From: Planctomycetota bacterium
GTDB taxonomy: Bacteria > Planctomycetota > UBA8108 > SXIK01
Reading direction: 5' to 3'
Assembly (NCBI GenBank): GCA_965223265.1
Contig: OZ244999.1
Coordinates: 1,248,001 to 1,312,000 of the forward strand
Length of the DNA: 64,000 bases
Shown here: positions 32,501 through 41,457 of the stretch, piece after piece
Position numbering within the stretch: position 1 is the stretch's first letter
Layout: each line of letters opens with the position of its first letter
The notes under the pieces: model-generated
Told to the model about the DNA's origin: nothing
The model's input: only the letters and a program-made list of their open reading frames with translations
Database searches by the model: none
Program-made: the position numbers and the translations under genes

Positions 32501-33660
32501 ATCAGTTCGTCCCATCCTGTCTCTAGTTTCGTCCGCAGTTCGGCCTTCCAAGCCCAGAGACGGTACTCGCCATGCGCCAAGCCGCTCATGACGTAGCGTC
32601 CATTGAGGTCCGTCGTCACCACCAGCGTGTGTTGATGTTCGCCAATGCCGATTGCCGCGACACTCGCGCCGGCAACCGGCGCTGCGGTCGCGTCGAGTAG
32701 GATGGTTCCCTCGATGTCATTCTCGACCATCTGTGCTGCGCCCGGCGCTTGTGAGGCGTCGGCCTGGATCTCCGAACCCGGGTCTGTCAGCTCAACGTTC
32801 ATCAGTGCCGTGCCGTTCAGACGTACTGGTTCAACATTGTCGTTGTCCGCTGTTCGAACGAGCGCAAAGACGACAACGGAGAGCGTAGCTACGGCCGCGA
32901 GACTGAAGCCGACAGCTGGAGTGTTGAGGACCGAGGAGCTTTTCGCAGGATGCGGTGTCGCAAGTACTCCCGCGGCTCCGTCGACATCGCCTCGTGCCGG
33001 CGAGGTCTCCAGTGCCAACGATCCCTTGGCGCTGATCCGAGACACAAATCCTTTTGGGATGTCAGGGGAAGGTAATCGCTCGAGGAGCGTACCAACAGCA
33101 ACACCCGCCGGCACGATGCAGCCAGTGGTGCCCAAACTGCGCCGCATTGACTCCAACCCCCGTTTGATTCGATCCGCCGCCAACGTGTGACTGCCGCCGA
33201 TGCAGGCAGCGACGTCGCGGAGACTCAGGCCTTCGACTTCGTGAAGCCACACGGAAGCCCGCGTTTCATGTGGTAGTTCAGCGAACGCACCAGCGACGCC
33301 TTCGAGAAGCTCGTTCTGGACCGCCTTGGCGCTTGGATCTGTCTGGTTGTTGCCCTGGTCCATGGTCGCATAGCCCTTTTCGTGTCGACGGCGCGTCTCC
33401 TGAGCGCGAATGTAATTGATAGCGGTTCTTGTGACGATGCGTGTCAGCCAAAGCTTCGCAGATTTAGGATCACGCAGGGGCGCATGCGCCTGCAGGATCT
33501 TCACGAAGGTGTCTTGAACGACGTCTTCGGCGGCTTCAGGGGTGCCGGTGACACGGCGCGCGATGACGTACAGCGCGGGAGCCTGAGCGTCGACGAGGCG
33601 CTGGAAAGCAAGACGGTCTCCAGCTTGACTAGAGCGAATCAGATGCGCGAGTTTGTCCAT
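29506..33660 (-). CDS. Giant ECF sigma factor with TM helix and many carboxypeptidase-regulatory-like repeats
   Basis: AEDVVQDTFVKI / WLTRIVTRTAIN (sigma2), LHEVEGLSLRDVA (sigma4); TM at about aa 250-270; repeated G-V-D..G-PI-GA-V and TDxxGxF/Y motifs. Confidence 0.9.
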   Translation of the reverse strand: MDKLAHLIRSSQAGDRLAFQRLVDAQAPALYVIARRVTGTPEAAEDVVQDTFVKILQAHAPLRDPKSAKLWLTRIVTRTAINYIRAQETRRRHEKGYATMDQGNNQTDPSAKAVQNELLEGVAGAFAELPHETRASVWLHEVEGLSLRDVAACIGGSHTLAADRIKRGLESMRRSLGTTGCIVPAGVAVGTLLERLPSPDIPKGFVSRISAKGSLALETSPARGDVDGAAGVLATPHPAKSSSVLNTPAVGFSLAAVATLSVVVFALVRTADNDNVEPVRLNGTALMNVELTDPGSEIQADASQAPGAAQMVENDIEGTILLDATAAPVAGASVAAIGIGEHQHTLVVTTDLNGRYVMSGLAHGEYRLWAWKAELRTKLETGWDELITVGPANPTGQFDRRLKPGVIVSGTVIDDGTKLPIAGALVRWKGFQFARCNTEGHFTLPGIPAGRVDIVGSADGYADQLLKLQAHVGHFPSATIELPLGGTVEGIVRTLDGEPATNATVTLVSATATVRAKTSDDGSYQLAAVPLNAKNLSLSASQDGQFAMESISGFPMNARRTQLDLQLDLQLRSTLSGIVVDLLGNPIGGATVDSPPFGDRENSFSTDSEGRFRISGVSPQASGVIVRAPGYAPTYVQLDTTEAEWRDVEVVLAPGHFIAGTVVDARGRPIEDAWVTIDTLFQLGGETRTDANGQFRIENLPPASERIRSSKGRLVGSTSEFVIDREDVVVVVQEPGILCGTVLDAESGSPIEGFTVKITLAPDASRKAEYSLGLESALGDVGLSFHAETGEFIVDDVQTSVFYRVAIAAKGYVEKVIPEVEARASCSEDAHLRVELEQGEELHLRVVDAVSRNAVPGVRVTFVERRGGRPRSQERRKGAGRTGVTDAAGEVSLPGVTGKPGSVYLEKPGYARTTYSDVVSSVDLQTFRIAVGGSIEGRVETARGEPVSGVRLFVGGFSDARTNAEGHFRIDDLPGEKVKIRVFLSGKLNLAREVLVVAGESTTVNFQLGSASISGQVTLGNVPRAREDVYVSGAHGHAHVMTDEDGNYRVDGLPPGEYRVRVRSQSSTGEGETIEVTTGDTIVDIALGTNGVRGHVVDRRSGTPVSGVLVGLKKKSLELLKIANLPFRMPELQWQEIHGQERFETGPDGTFRFDELSPGTYLATVKRTDRGQPIGWTSPFAISETQDVALTIQVGGGALATHVTDGDGQAVGKAHVLLELEADFPMRIGALSGSDGQAILSDIPPGRYRLQVDAAEYLPQTHAIVVDDEAIERSVTLAPASWIVVELEGEVSDSLYRVVATCLSTSGPGWKFESASDGRPMHLGRTQPGTSRARIKTRPGDHRIRLEISLARDVSNPTPIIDETVEVTVPQSGTATVKLALPNQ

Positions 33661-33690
33661 CGGGAACTCCTCTCGTTTTCGTACCCTGAG

Positions 33691-33730
33691 GACACGGCGG
33701 ATCGCGGTTTGTCAGGAGAAAAAAAGGAAA
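33691..33730 (-). promoter_or_regulatory. Possible ECF-type promoter upstream of the giant ECF
   Basis: Minus strand tttttttctccTGACAAAccgcgatccgccGTGTCc; T-tract then -35-like element, as seen upstream of the first ECF gene. Confidence 0.3.
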
Positions 33731-33909
33731 ACTCAGAAGATCGGTCGTCAAAGTACCTTGGGCGCGTCGTTCGCGGGTCCAGCGTCTTTCAACGCAGATC
33801 CGCGCGGACGGAATTCCGCGCTCAAGAAGCGCGTCCGTCGTCAGATTCCTGCTACGATCTACGGAGTCAGCACTTGTTTCATAGAGCAGATGACGGGAGG
33901 CGACGAGAC

Positions 33910-34449
33910 GTGCCCGCGCAAAATCTACCGAAGTATGCACGCTGGGAGCATGAGCGGAAGTTCTTCGTGCCGCCCGCCGCAACCCATCCCTGGATGCGCA
34001 CCGCGCCGTGGGAAGTTCGAGACCGATACTTGGACGTGGGTCGGATGCGCTTGCGTGCCGTGACAGACACTGGATCTGGCGAGCAGACCTTCAAGCTCTG
34101 TAAAAAGTTCTCGCCAGAGTCCGCCTACTCCCAGGCCATCGTCAACATCTACTTGTCACGGGACGAATACGAGTCTTTGCTCCAATTGCCTGGTCGCGAG
34201 CTCAACAAGAGGCGTTTTCACGATCGCTTTGATGGACATACTTTCGGTGTTGATGTCTTTGAGGCCGAGCTCGATGGCCTCGTCCTCTGCGAAGTCGAGG
34301 CATCCTCCGAGAGCGAGCTCATGGGGGTCGAGTTCCCGCCTTATGCGCGAGTCGAAGTTACCGAGGATCTTTTCTTCACGGGCGGAAGCCTTTGTAGAGC
34401 CTCGGCTAGCGAGTTGGCGCATCGGCTACAGACGTTATCCCGGAACTAG
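33910..34449 (+). CDS. CYTH-like domain protein
   Basis: SD ggagg + GTG 33910; EHERKF, DRYL, LNKRRF, VDVFE..GLVLCEVE, EVTEDLFFTGG. Confidence 0.8.
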   Translation: MPAQNLPKYARWEHERKFFVPPAATHPWMRTAPWEVRDRYLDVGRMRLRAVTDTGSGEQTFKLCKKFSPESAYSQAIVNIYLSRDEYESLLQLPGRELNKRRFHDRFDGHTFGVDVFEAELDGLVLCEVEASSESELMGVEFPPYARVEVTEDLFFTGGSLCRASASELAHRLQTLSRN

Positions 34450-34575
34450 CTCGACGTTATGAGAGCATGTTACCACTTAGGCACGCGAACAGGACGGGTC
34501 AATGCGTTGAGGGTGTGCTCAGATGGCGAGTGCGATGGGTTGAAGAATCACTCTGACAAGGTGGGAGCCGGCAAC

Positions 34576-35415
34576 ATGATCCGAGGTGTCCACAAAGTCG
34601 TTGCGATCTCTCTTCTACTGATCGGTTGTGGGGCGAACAAGCAGGCGAATTCTCCTGGCGAGGTTCAGTACTTCGAAGACACGCATGGGTTCACCGTCGA
34701 AGGAGGTGCGATTCGGTTGAAGGCTGTTCGAGACAACGTCGAGGCAATGAAGCTACACGTGGCGAGTCAGCGACTGGGCCCCCTGCGCGCCTATTGGCGT
34801 GACGACTCGCATCCCGAACTTCTGAGAATGCACTCGGTGCTGCACCAATCGGCCGCGGGAATCTTGGACACCGGGGAGGTCTTCGACTGGACGCAAAAGA
34901 ACCGACCGCGGCGCGCCGGCAAGATCCAGGAGCCGAATTTCTTGCTCTACTTTCTTGCCGTCAAAGGGAAGTTTCACGTTTTCGGTGCGAAAGACGTGAC
35001 GAAGGACCAGGTGATTCTGAAGTCCCTTTTGAAATCTTCCACGAGTGGAACCGTAAGGTCCAACGCTTTCAACGTGCTTGTGGAGATGGGAGTGCGAATT
35101 CATGAGGACGAACTACCTAGCGTCGGCAGCGAAGAGGCGCGGGCTTCAATGCGTCAGCGTGTACGTGAGTTGCTCTCAGTGGACGGAGACGTCTACCGTT
35201 TGGCGCTGCAGCATATCGCGACAGGGAATCACGATGACTTCGACTGGGCGCTTGGGTTCCTACGATGGTTAGGTCGAGCGAAGGAAATTCCCTTCATCGC
35301 TAGCGAGCTTGACGCCATGCGGTCTCGCGCTCAGGGTGATGATGAACACATGCATCTTCGGATCGACCAATTGCGAGACTTGCTGGCGGGTTTGAGGCGC
35401 GACTACGACGTCTGA
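34576..35415 (+). CDS. Hypothetical lipoprotein
   Basis: ATG 34576, lipobox LLIGC; helical C-terminal half. Confidence 0.65.
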   Translation: MIRGVHKVVAISLLLIGCGANKQANSPGEVQYFEDTHGFTVEGGAIRLKAVRDNVEAMKLHVASQRLGPLRAYWRDDSHPELLRMHSVLHQSAAGILDTGEVFDWTQKNRPRRAGKIQEPNFLLYFLAVKGKFHVFGAKDVTKDQVILKSLLKSSTSGTVRSNAFNVLVEMGVRIHEDELPSVGSEEARASMRQRVRELLSVDGDVYRLALQHIATGNHDDFDWALGFLRWLGRAKEIPFIASELDAMRSRAQGDDEHMHLRIDQLRDLLAGLRRDYDV

Positions 35416-35591
35416 GGAAGCGAGATCCAGCGTGAGGACGCACCGAAACGGCAGCGGCGTTCGGCTGACGGAGGTTAGCACGAGAAAGGCCGCGTCACAT
35501 GACACGTCATTCGGTGACGCCGCCATGTCTGGTGTTGTCGCGCCTGGTGGATTCTCGGGCGGTGAAGTCACCGTCCGAACCGGCGCGCTGC

Positions 35592-35879
35592 TCACTGCCC
35601 GCCGGACGAGCAGCTCTCGTACGTCTCGCAGCCGAGCTCGCCGACCAGTTCAAGCCCGCCGCATTCGAGGAAGGGTGCCGGCGGTGGCGGTCCGCCGCTG
35701 AATCGGGAGACGACGATGTAGATGCCGTCGGCGATGTCGATGCCCGAGTCGTCGTTTGCGTCTGCGGCACTTCGACAGCGTGCCCGAGGGCCATCGACGA
35801 AGAGTTCGTTGAGGATCCAAACCGCGTCAGCGATATCGACGATTCCATCGTCGTTCGGATCGCCGCGCTCTGAGCGAAA
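35592..35879 (-). pseudogene. Orphan C-terminal dockerin module lacking a start codon
   Basis: Manual translation FRSERGDPNDDGIVDIADAVWILNELFVDGPRARCRSAADANDDSGIDIADGIYIV..PPPAPFLECG..LGCETYESC; two in-frame TGA just upstream and no start codon. Confidence 0.8.
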
Positions 35880-35955
35880 CCTCCCCCTAAGATTGTCGTC
35901 TTGTGTGCGTCATCATGGATGTCTCTCTTGCATTCAATCTCCTCGGCGACCTGAG

Positions 35956-36216
35956 CTAGCCTCGAGCTTGGCCATTTCGCGCCGGCCTGGCCGGACGAGT
36001 TTCGCGGGAATTCAAAGGCCTTTCGACTTTTTTGTACCCTGAGAACCCTTGTGCATGTTCAAAAACTCCTGTCCGGCCCTTCGGGGAACGCCAGGAGCGC
36101 CGATGCCTGCGTCGCTCCTCCGCCACGATCGCAGCGGGATCGCGTTGTCGTCGCTCCTTGGCCTCGACGCTCCTGGCGTTCCCAGGCTCGACGCGAAATG
36201 GCCAAACTCGAGCTAG
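35956..36216. mobile_element. MITE/REP-like element A, CTAG-bounded, with terminal inverted repeats and an internal hairpin
   Basis: ctag-c-ctcgagcttggccatttcgcg ... cgcgaaatggccaaactcgag-ctag; internal perfect stem ggaacgccaggagcg/cgctcctggcgttcc. Confidence 0.7.
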
Positions 36217-36220
36217 CCTC

Positions 36221-36403
36221 GCAGCCCGTTGAAAAAGTCATTCGGCTGAAAAACCGGCCTCTTCACGCCCAGATCAGCCACGGCGAGCCTCGCCGTATAT
36301 ATCTTATAGAAGAGGGCTCGGAGATTACCTGCGTTCGCCGCAGCTGATCTGGACGCGAAGCGACCAGTTTTCAGCTCGAAGCACTTTTTCAACAGGCTGC
36401 TAG
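36221..36403. mobile_element. MITE-like palindromic element B with IS-type ends
   Basis: gcagcccgttgaaaaagt ... actttttcaacaggctgc (1 mismatch in 18), ending in ctag; the arms continue as an imperfect palindrome (cagatcagc/gctgatctg). Confidence 0.75.
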
Positions 36404-36505
36404 GACGATTTCGCGCCGAGTCGAAGTGCAGGTTGGAAGAAATCGAGCTTTTCGCTCTTTCTAGGAGCACGAGCGTTAGCGTTAGGTTAGACAAAGGAGT
36501 CCGTT

Positions 36506-36880
36506 ATGAGTCGGCCATCCGCCATCATCTTTTGCATAGCCGTGATCCTCTGTTTTTCCGGATGCAAGACACGTCCGAACGCTTTTCCTTCGAACTGGCG
36601 CCGGACGGTTCAGAAGGGTGAGGTCCTTTCCACTTTCTTCGAGACGGGGGAGGGTGAAGTGTTCCTTGTCCCCGATGATCAACTCGACGCCATGCCTCCA
36701 TGCGACGCGACAGTCTTGAGAAAGTTGCCCTGCGCAGCACTCCTCAGGACTGGAGATGGAGCGATGCTCAGCATAGGCGGGCCAGGCGCGACAGCGGCAG
36801 TGAGCAGTTTCGTGGAAACCCTTGAGAACGGCCGGATGTACACTTTTCCCCATGCTTTCGTGGAGTATCAGGAGCGCTAA
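36506..36880 (+). CDS. Small hypothetical lipoprotein
   Basis: SD aaggag, ATG, lipobox FSGC. Confidence 0.7.
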   Translation: MSRPSAIIFCIAVILCFSGCKTRPNAFPSNWRRTVQKGEVLSTFFETGEGEVFLVPDDQLDAMPPCDATVLRKLPCAALLRTGDGAMLSIGGPGATAAVSSFVETLENGRMYTFPHAFVEYQER

Positions 36881-36998
36881 CGGGAGTGTGAACAGGTCGG
36901 GCGCTATGACGAATCGTCGAGCGTATTCGCTGAGAAGGCTCCGGTGAACGGGTCGCGCGGAAGGGGAGGGGTCGACGCGATGACTGGAGGGCGTTCCG

Positions 36999-37577
36999 TT
37001 GCCAAGTAAGCTCCGTGCCGTCGTCATTCTCGAGACAGAACGGTTGGTTCTTCGCACATGGACCGTAGACGATGCGGCGGCCGCTTTTAAAATATGGGGA
37101 GATGCGTCAGTTATGCGATACGTTGGCGAGCCGTTCGCCGACGTGGACCGTGTCCGGCGTTCGCTTCGCGCGGCTCAACGCGTGCAAGAGGAGCATGGAC
37201 ATTGCCTCTGGGCGGTCGTCGAACGACGCTCCGGCGCGCTGATCGGCGCCTGCGGCTTCCATTGTTTCGATGACGGCCTGGAGCTCGCTTTCCACTTTGC
37301 AGCGGCTTCTTGGGGATGCGGCTACGCGATCGAAGCAGCGAGTGCGTGCGTAGACTACGGCTTTCGTGCTCTTGACGCTTCGAGAATCATCGCCCGGCAT
37401 CACAGCGACAACGACAGATCTCGGCGGGTTTTGGAGAAGCTCGAGATGGACTGCATGGGCTCCGAAACGTCCGAGATGCCCGTAGCCTTGAGGCGCCGTA
37501 GGGCGACGAGGATCACTCCATCGAGCTGGGCGTGGCAGAACTCTCGGGTGGGCGGCTCTTGCTCGTCTTGTCGTTGA
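36999..37577 (+). CDS. GNAT N-acetyltransferase (RimJ/RimL family)
   Basis: ILETERLVLR, LIGACG, WGCGYAIEAA, NDRSRRVLEKL. Confidence 0.9.
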   Translation: MPSKLRAVVILETERLVLRTWTVDDAAAAFKIWGDASVMRYVGEPFADVDRVRRSLRAAQRVQEEHGHCLWAVVERRSGALIGACGFHCFDDGLELAFHFAAASWGCGYAIEAASACVDYGFRALDASRIIARHHSDNDRSRRVLEKLEMDCMGSETSEMPVALRRRRATRITPSSWAWQNSRVGGSCSSCR

Positions 37578-37722
37578 CAGTCGGGTGTCGCGTCAGGGAA
37601 GAATGCCGTAGAATGAGGCGCGCTGTGAAACGGCTCCAGCGTGTCAGCGATCACTCGACAGCAGGGGCGAGGACCCCATCGCTTGAGCGCCATCAATTCC
37701 TATATTTCGATCGAACCAGCGC

Positions 37723-38709
37723 ATGAGAATCTTACTCACCGGGGGGGCCGGGTATGTTGGCAGCGCCGCGCTACGATGGCTACTCGACAAGGGGCATGAC
37801 GCGCTCGCGTTCGATGATCTGTCCGCTGGACATGCTGCTGCTGTCCCAGAAGGTCGACTCGTCAATGGAAGCATTCTCGACGTCGACGCGCTGGTGACTG
37901 CCATGGAAACTCAGCGCACCGAAGCGGTGATGCACTTCGCGGCGCTGGCATCGGTGCCGGATTCGATTCGCGCTCCGGATGAGTATTGGGCGACCAATGT
38001 GCTGGGGACGAAGAACGTGCTCGACGCAGCTCGATCGGGGGGCGTCGATCGATTCATCTTTTCGAGTACCGCAGCGACGTACAGCTTTGATGAGCCCATG
38101 CCACTCGTCGAAGAATCGGCACAGATTCCACAAGTTCCCTACGGCACCACCAAATTAGCAGCGGAGAAACTGATCCACGACTACGCGTGCGCCTACGACA
38201 TGGGCTATGCGATCCTGAGGTACTTCAACGCGTCCGGTGCAGATCCGTCGGGTGAGTTCGGTGAGGCTCGGCAGCGAGAGACTCACCTTATCCCGCTCGT
38301 CTTGCTGACCGCGCTTGGCAAACGCGAGAAGCTACAGATCTTCGGCCAAAACCTCGACACTCGCGATGGCACTTGCGTTCGCGACTACGTGCACACGGAT
38401 GACTTGGCGCAGGCCCATCAATTGGCGGTCGAATCGTTACAACCCGGCATGCGGCGCGTTTACAACGTCGGGTCTGGCACGGGGACGACCGTATTGGAAG
38501 TGCTTCGGTCTTGTGAGGAGGTCGTCGGGCGGCCGATCCCGCACGAATACCAGGAGCCGCGACCTGGGGACCCGAGCACGCTCATAGCGTCTCCTAACAG
38601 GATTCGGCAGCAGCTAGGTTGGTCGCCTCGATTCACGACGATTCGTCAAATTGTCGAGACGGCTTGGGAGTGGCACTGTCGCTATCCCAACGGCTACGCC
38701 GGTCGTTAG
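37723..38709 (+). CDS. galE: UDP-glucose 4-epimerase
   Basis: TGGAGYVGS, HFAA, FSSTAATY, YGTTK, LRYFNASGA, DGTCVRDYVH. Confidence 0.93.
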   Translation: MRILLTGGAGYVGSAALRWLLDKGHDALAFDDLSAGHAAAVPEGRLVNGSILDVDALVTAMETQRTEAVMHFAALASVPDSIRAPDEYWATNVLGTKNVLDAARSGGVDRFIFSSTAATYSFDEPMPLVEESAQIPQVPYGTTKLAAEKLIHDYACAYDMGYAILRYFNASGADPSGEFGEARQRETHLIPLVLLTALGKREKLQIFGQNLDTRDGTCVRDYVHTDDLAQAHQLAVESLQPGMRRVYNVGSGTGTTVLEVLRSCEEVVGRPIPHEYQEPRPGDPSTLIASPNRIRQQLGWSPRFTTIRQIVETAWEWHCRYPNGYAGR

Positions 38710-38944
38710 CACGTCGTAGCTCAGCGGCGACAACGCAACGGCGCCGCCAGCTAGGACGTCTCCGATCCGCTGTCGCACCCGAGCGAGTCCGTGTGAAGGT
38801 GCGCCGTGGCCAGCGGAATGGTCTTCGCGCTGGAGAGGGGGGCGGTGGTGCCGTCAGGCAGGTGTGTTGCGCTCGTCGCTCGCTGCATTTACCGCTCTCA
38901 GGGCTTGGTGGGCTTCGCGTGGCCTTTTGCGTCGAGCCGGCCGC

Positions 38945-38960
38945 CGTGACCACTGTCACA
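38945..38960. promoter_or_regulatory. Crp/Fnr-family (HcpR-like) box, distal
   Basis: cGTGA-ccactg-TCACA. Confidence 0.6.
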
Positions 38961-39021
38961 GTATGCCGTCGCTCCGCAACATCCTTCTCAGGTCGTAGAC
39001 CAACAGACCGTTCCCGATCGG

Positions 39022-39037
39022 TGTGACCAAAATCACA
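39022..39037. promoter_or_regulatory. Crp/Fnr-family (HcpR-like) box, proximal
   Basis: Perfect TGTGA-ccaaaa-TCACA about 80 bp upstream of hcp. Confidence 0.75.
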
Positions 39038-39117
39038 GCACCGACATCGGCGAGGGCGTAGTCTCCCTATATCTGAACTCGAAGCGTGTGCTGCAGACCA
39101 TGATCCAGGAGGACGAC

Positions 39118-40407
39118 GTGTTTTGTAATCAGTGTGAGCAGACGACCAACGGAACTGGCTGTGTGGACATTGGCGTCTGTGGTAAAGACCCAGACGTCCA
39201 GTCGCTGCAAGAGACGCTGCTCTACGGCGTCAAAGGAACGGCGGCCTACGCTAACCACGCACGTCGTCTCGGCAAAACTGACGAGGGAGTGAACAGCTTC
39301 ATCGAAGAGGCGCTTTTTGCGACCATGACGAATGTCAACTTCGACCTCTCGAGTTTGCTCGAGTTGGTTCTCGAATGTGGACGCGTCAATCTGAAGGTCA
39401 TGGAGATGCTCGACGCCGGCCACACGGAGAGGTTCGGTCGACCGGAACCCACGACCGTCTCCGAGGGCACGAAGGCCGGCCCCGGGATCCTGGTCACCGG
39501 GCACGATCTCGTCGACCTTGCAGATCTTCTCGACCAAGCGAAAGGGAGTGGCGTCAACGTCTACACCCACGGCGAAATGCTTCCCGCCCATGGTTACCCC
39601 AAGATGCGAGCTCACCCTCACCTGGCCGGACATTTCGGCGGCGCTTGGCAGAACCAGAGAGCGGAATTCACTGAGTTTTCTGGACCGGTACTTGCCACGA
39701 CGAACTGCGTGTTGATTCCGTGGGAGACCTACAAGGATCGTCTCTTCACCACGCGCATTACCGCCGTCCCTGGCGGTCAGCGATTGGCGAACGGCGACTT
39801 CTCCGCTGTGATCGCGAAGGCCAAGGCATGCCCTCCACTCGAGGCCAAGCCGGTGCGCGAAACGACCGTCGGCTTTCACCACAGCGTGATCCTGGGACTT
39901 GCCGACAAAATCGTCGATGCGGTCAAGTCGGGTGACGTGGGGCACTTCTTCGTGATCGGTGGTTGCGACGGCGACGAGCTTGGCCGCAACTACTTCAGCG
40001 ACTATGCCAGCGAGACGCCGGCAGACTCGATCATCCTGACATTGGGCTGCGGCAAGTTTCGGATCCGGAACCACGACTATGGAACCGTCGCCGGTCTGCC
40101 GAGGCTTCTAGACATGGGGCAGTGTAACGATGCTTACGGCGCGATTCAGGTCGCGGTAGGTTTAGCGGAAGCTTTTGACTGCGGTGTCAACGATCTGCCA
40201 CTCACGATCGTTCTTTCGTGGTTCGAGCAGAAGGCAGTTGCCGTGCTTTTGACTTTGCTCGCGCTGGGTGTGAAGGGCATCCGGATCGGACCGGCAGCGC
40301 CGGGATTCTTGACTCCGAATGTCGCCCAGATCTTGGCCGATCAGTTCGACCTGCGCTTGATCGGAGCAGACCCGGTCGCCGACGTTCGTGCGGCTATCAC
40401 CGTATAG
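39118..40407 (+). CDS. hcp: Hybrid cluster protein (hydroxylamine reductase), short class III-like form
   Basis: SD aggagg + GTG; FCNQCEQT..GC..GVCGK, GHDL, YTHGEMLPAHGYP, TTNC, GGCDG, GCGK, DMGQCNDAY, SWFEQKA; 429 aa. Confidence 0.95.
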   Translation: MFCNQCEQTTNGTGCVDIGVCGKDPDVQSLQETLLYGVKGTAAYANHARRLGKTDEGVNSFIEEALFATMTNVNFDLSSLLELVLECGRVNLKVMEMLDAGHTERFGRPEPTTVSEGTKAGPGILVTGHDLVDLADLLDQAKGSGVNVYTHGEMLPAHGYPKMRAHPHLAGHFGGAWQNQRAEFTEFSGPVLATTNCVLIPWETYKDRLFTTRITAVPGGQRLANGDFSAVIAKAKACPPLEAKPVRETTVGFHHSVILGLADKIVDAVKSGDVGHFFVIGGCDGDELGRNYFSDYASETPADSIILTLGCGKFRIRNHDYGTVAGLPRLLDMGQCNDAYGAIQVAVGLAEAFDCGVNDLPLTIVLSWFEQKAVAVLLTLLALGVKGIRIGPAAPGFLTPNVAQILADQFDLRLIGADPVADVRAAITV

Positions 40408-40526
40408 CATCCAACCTCTCTCCGAGGAATCCACGGCTCGCAAAGTTCGACACTGGACTTGCTGTGGATTCCTCGACATTACGTACACACTCAATAAACG
40501 ACTTCTTTGGCGAGCTGACAGACAGG

Positions 40527-41144
40527 ATGAAAAACGTAGACGAACAGCGCCTCGAGTCCGACCTGCACTACCGCTACGAGTACGTCTCGGGCTTCGTCGG
40601 CTTTGGATCGGACGACGTGAGCGCAATCCATTCGATCGCGGCCAAAATGCTACCTCTCGTCTCGAGCATGGTAGAGGCGACTTACGACAAGCTCCTTGCG
40701 TGCGACGCGACGCGGCGCCACTTTGTTCCTCGTCACTCCGGATATGAAGGGCCACTGCCGGCGAACCCTGCGTCCCTCACGCAGAGCACCGAGCAGATTC
40801 AGTTCCGGAAGGAACACTTGGCTCGATACCTGACGAACATCTTTGGTAACTCGTACGACGCTCGGATGGTCAACTACCTCGACGTCGTCGGCAAGATGCA
40901 CACCCCGAAAGCAGGCAACAAGCGCATCGACGTGCCTCTCGTACAGATGAACGCGTTGATGGGATTCGTCTCGGACAGCGTTCTTGGCGCCATTCTGGGG
41001 CTGGGATTGGACCGCGAGCAGGAGGCGCGCACGATCCGCGCGGTCAACAAGCTTTTGTGGATTCAGAATGACTTGATCACGCGTCACTACGAGAATCCAC
41101 GACCGGCGGCTGATCAGCCGGAGCTTGTTTCAAGCGCCGGTTAG
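40527..41144 (+). CDS. Protoglobin-family single-domain globin
   Basis: YEYVSGFVGFGSDD, YDKLL..DATRRHF, YLDVVGKMHT, VNKLLWIQNDLITRHY; ATG 40527. Confidence 0.8.
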   Translation: MKNVDEQRLESDLHYRYEYVSGFVGFGSDDVSAIHSIAAKMLPLVSSMVEATYDKLLACDATRRHFVPRHSGYEGPLPANPASLTQSTEQIQFRKEHLARYLTNIFGNSYDARMVNYLDVVGKMHTPKAGNKRIDVPLVQMNALMGFVSDSVLGAILGLGLDREQEARTIRAVNKLLWIQNDLITRHYENPRPAADQPELVSSAG

Positions 41145-41457
41145 CCTGCATCTCTCACAAGATTTCGTAGCGAGGTGCCGTAGGTCGTGTCGTGGCAAGG
41201 AAGGCGTTGCGATTCGACCGTTGATTCCGACCGAGTTGGGAGGACGAAAGTGTTTCTAACACATTGAGGCGGGGCCGTCATCAGGGTGCCGACCACACTC
41301 GCGCAAAGTATGCGCTCAGCTCTGGTCAGAGCCGCCGTCGTGGCGGCTGCCAAAGGAAACGTCTTGTCGAGTTTTTCTGATCGGATATCGCCTACGATAT
41401 CTCAGCGTCTTCGTGGACGATGTGCGCCGAAGAAAACGACTGTTTACGAGACACTCC

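Noticed and set aside
33382-33909. N-terminal half of the 355-aa ORF
   Set aside because: Overlaps the ECF gene antisense; the CYTH-like domain has its own SD and GTG at 33910.
38711-38760. tRNA-like start (gtagctcagcgg)
   Set aside because: No anticodon arm or TTC T-loop; it is one arm of a simple hairpin after galE.
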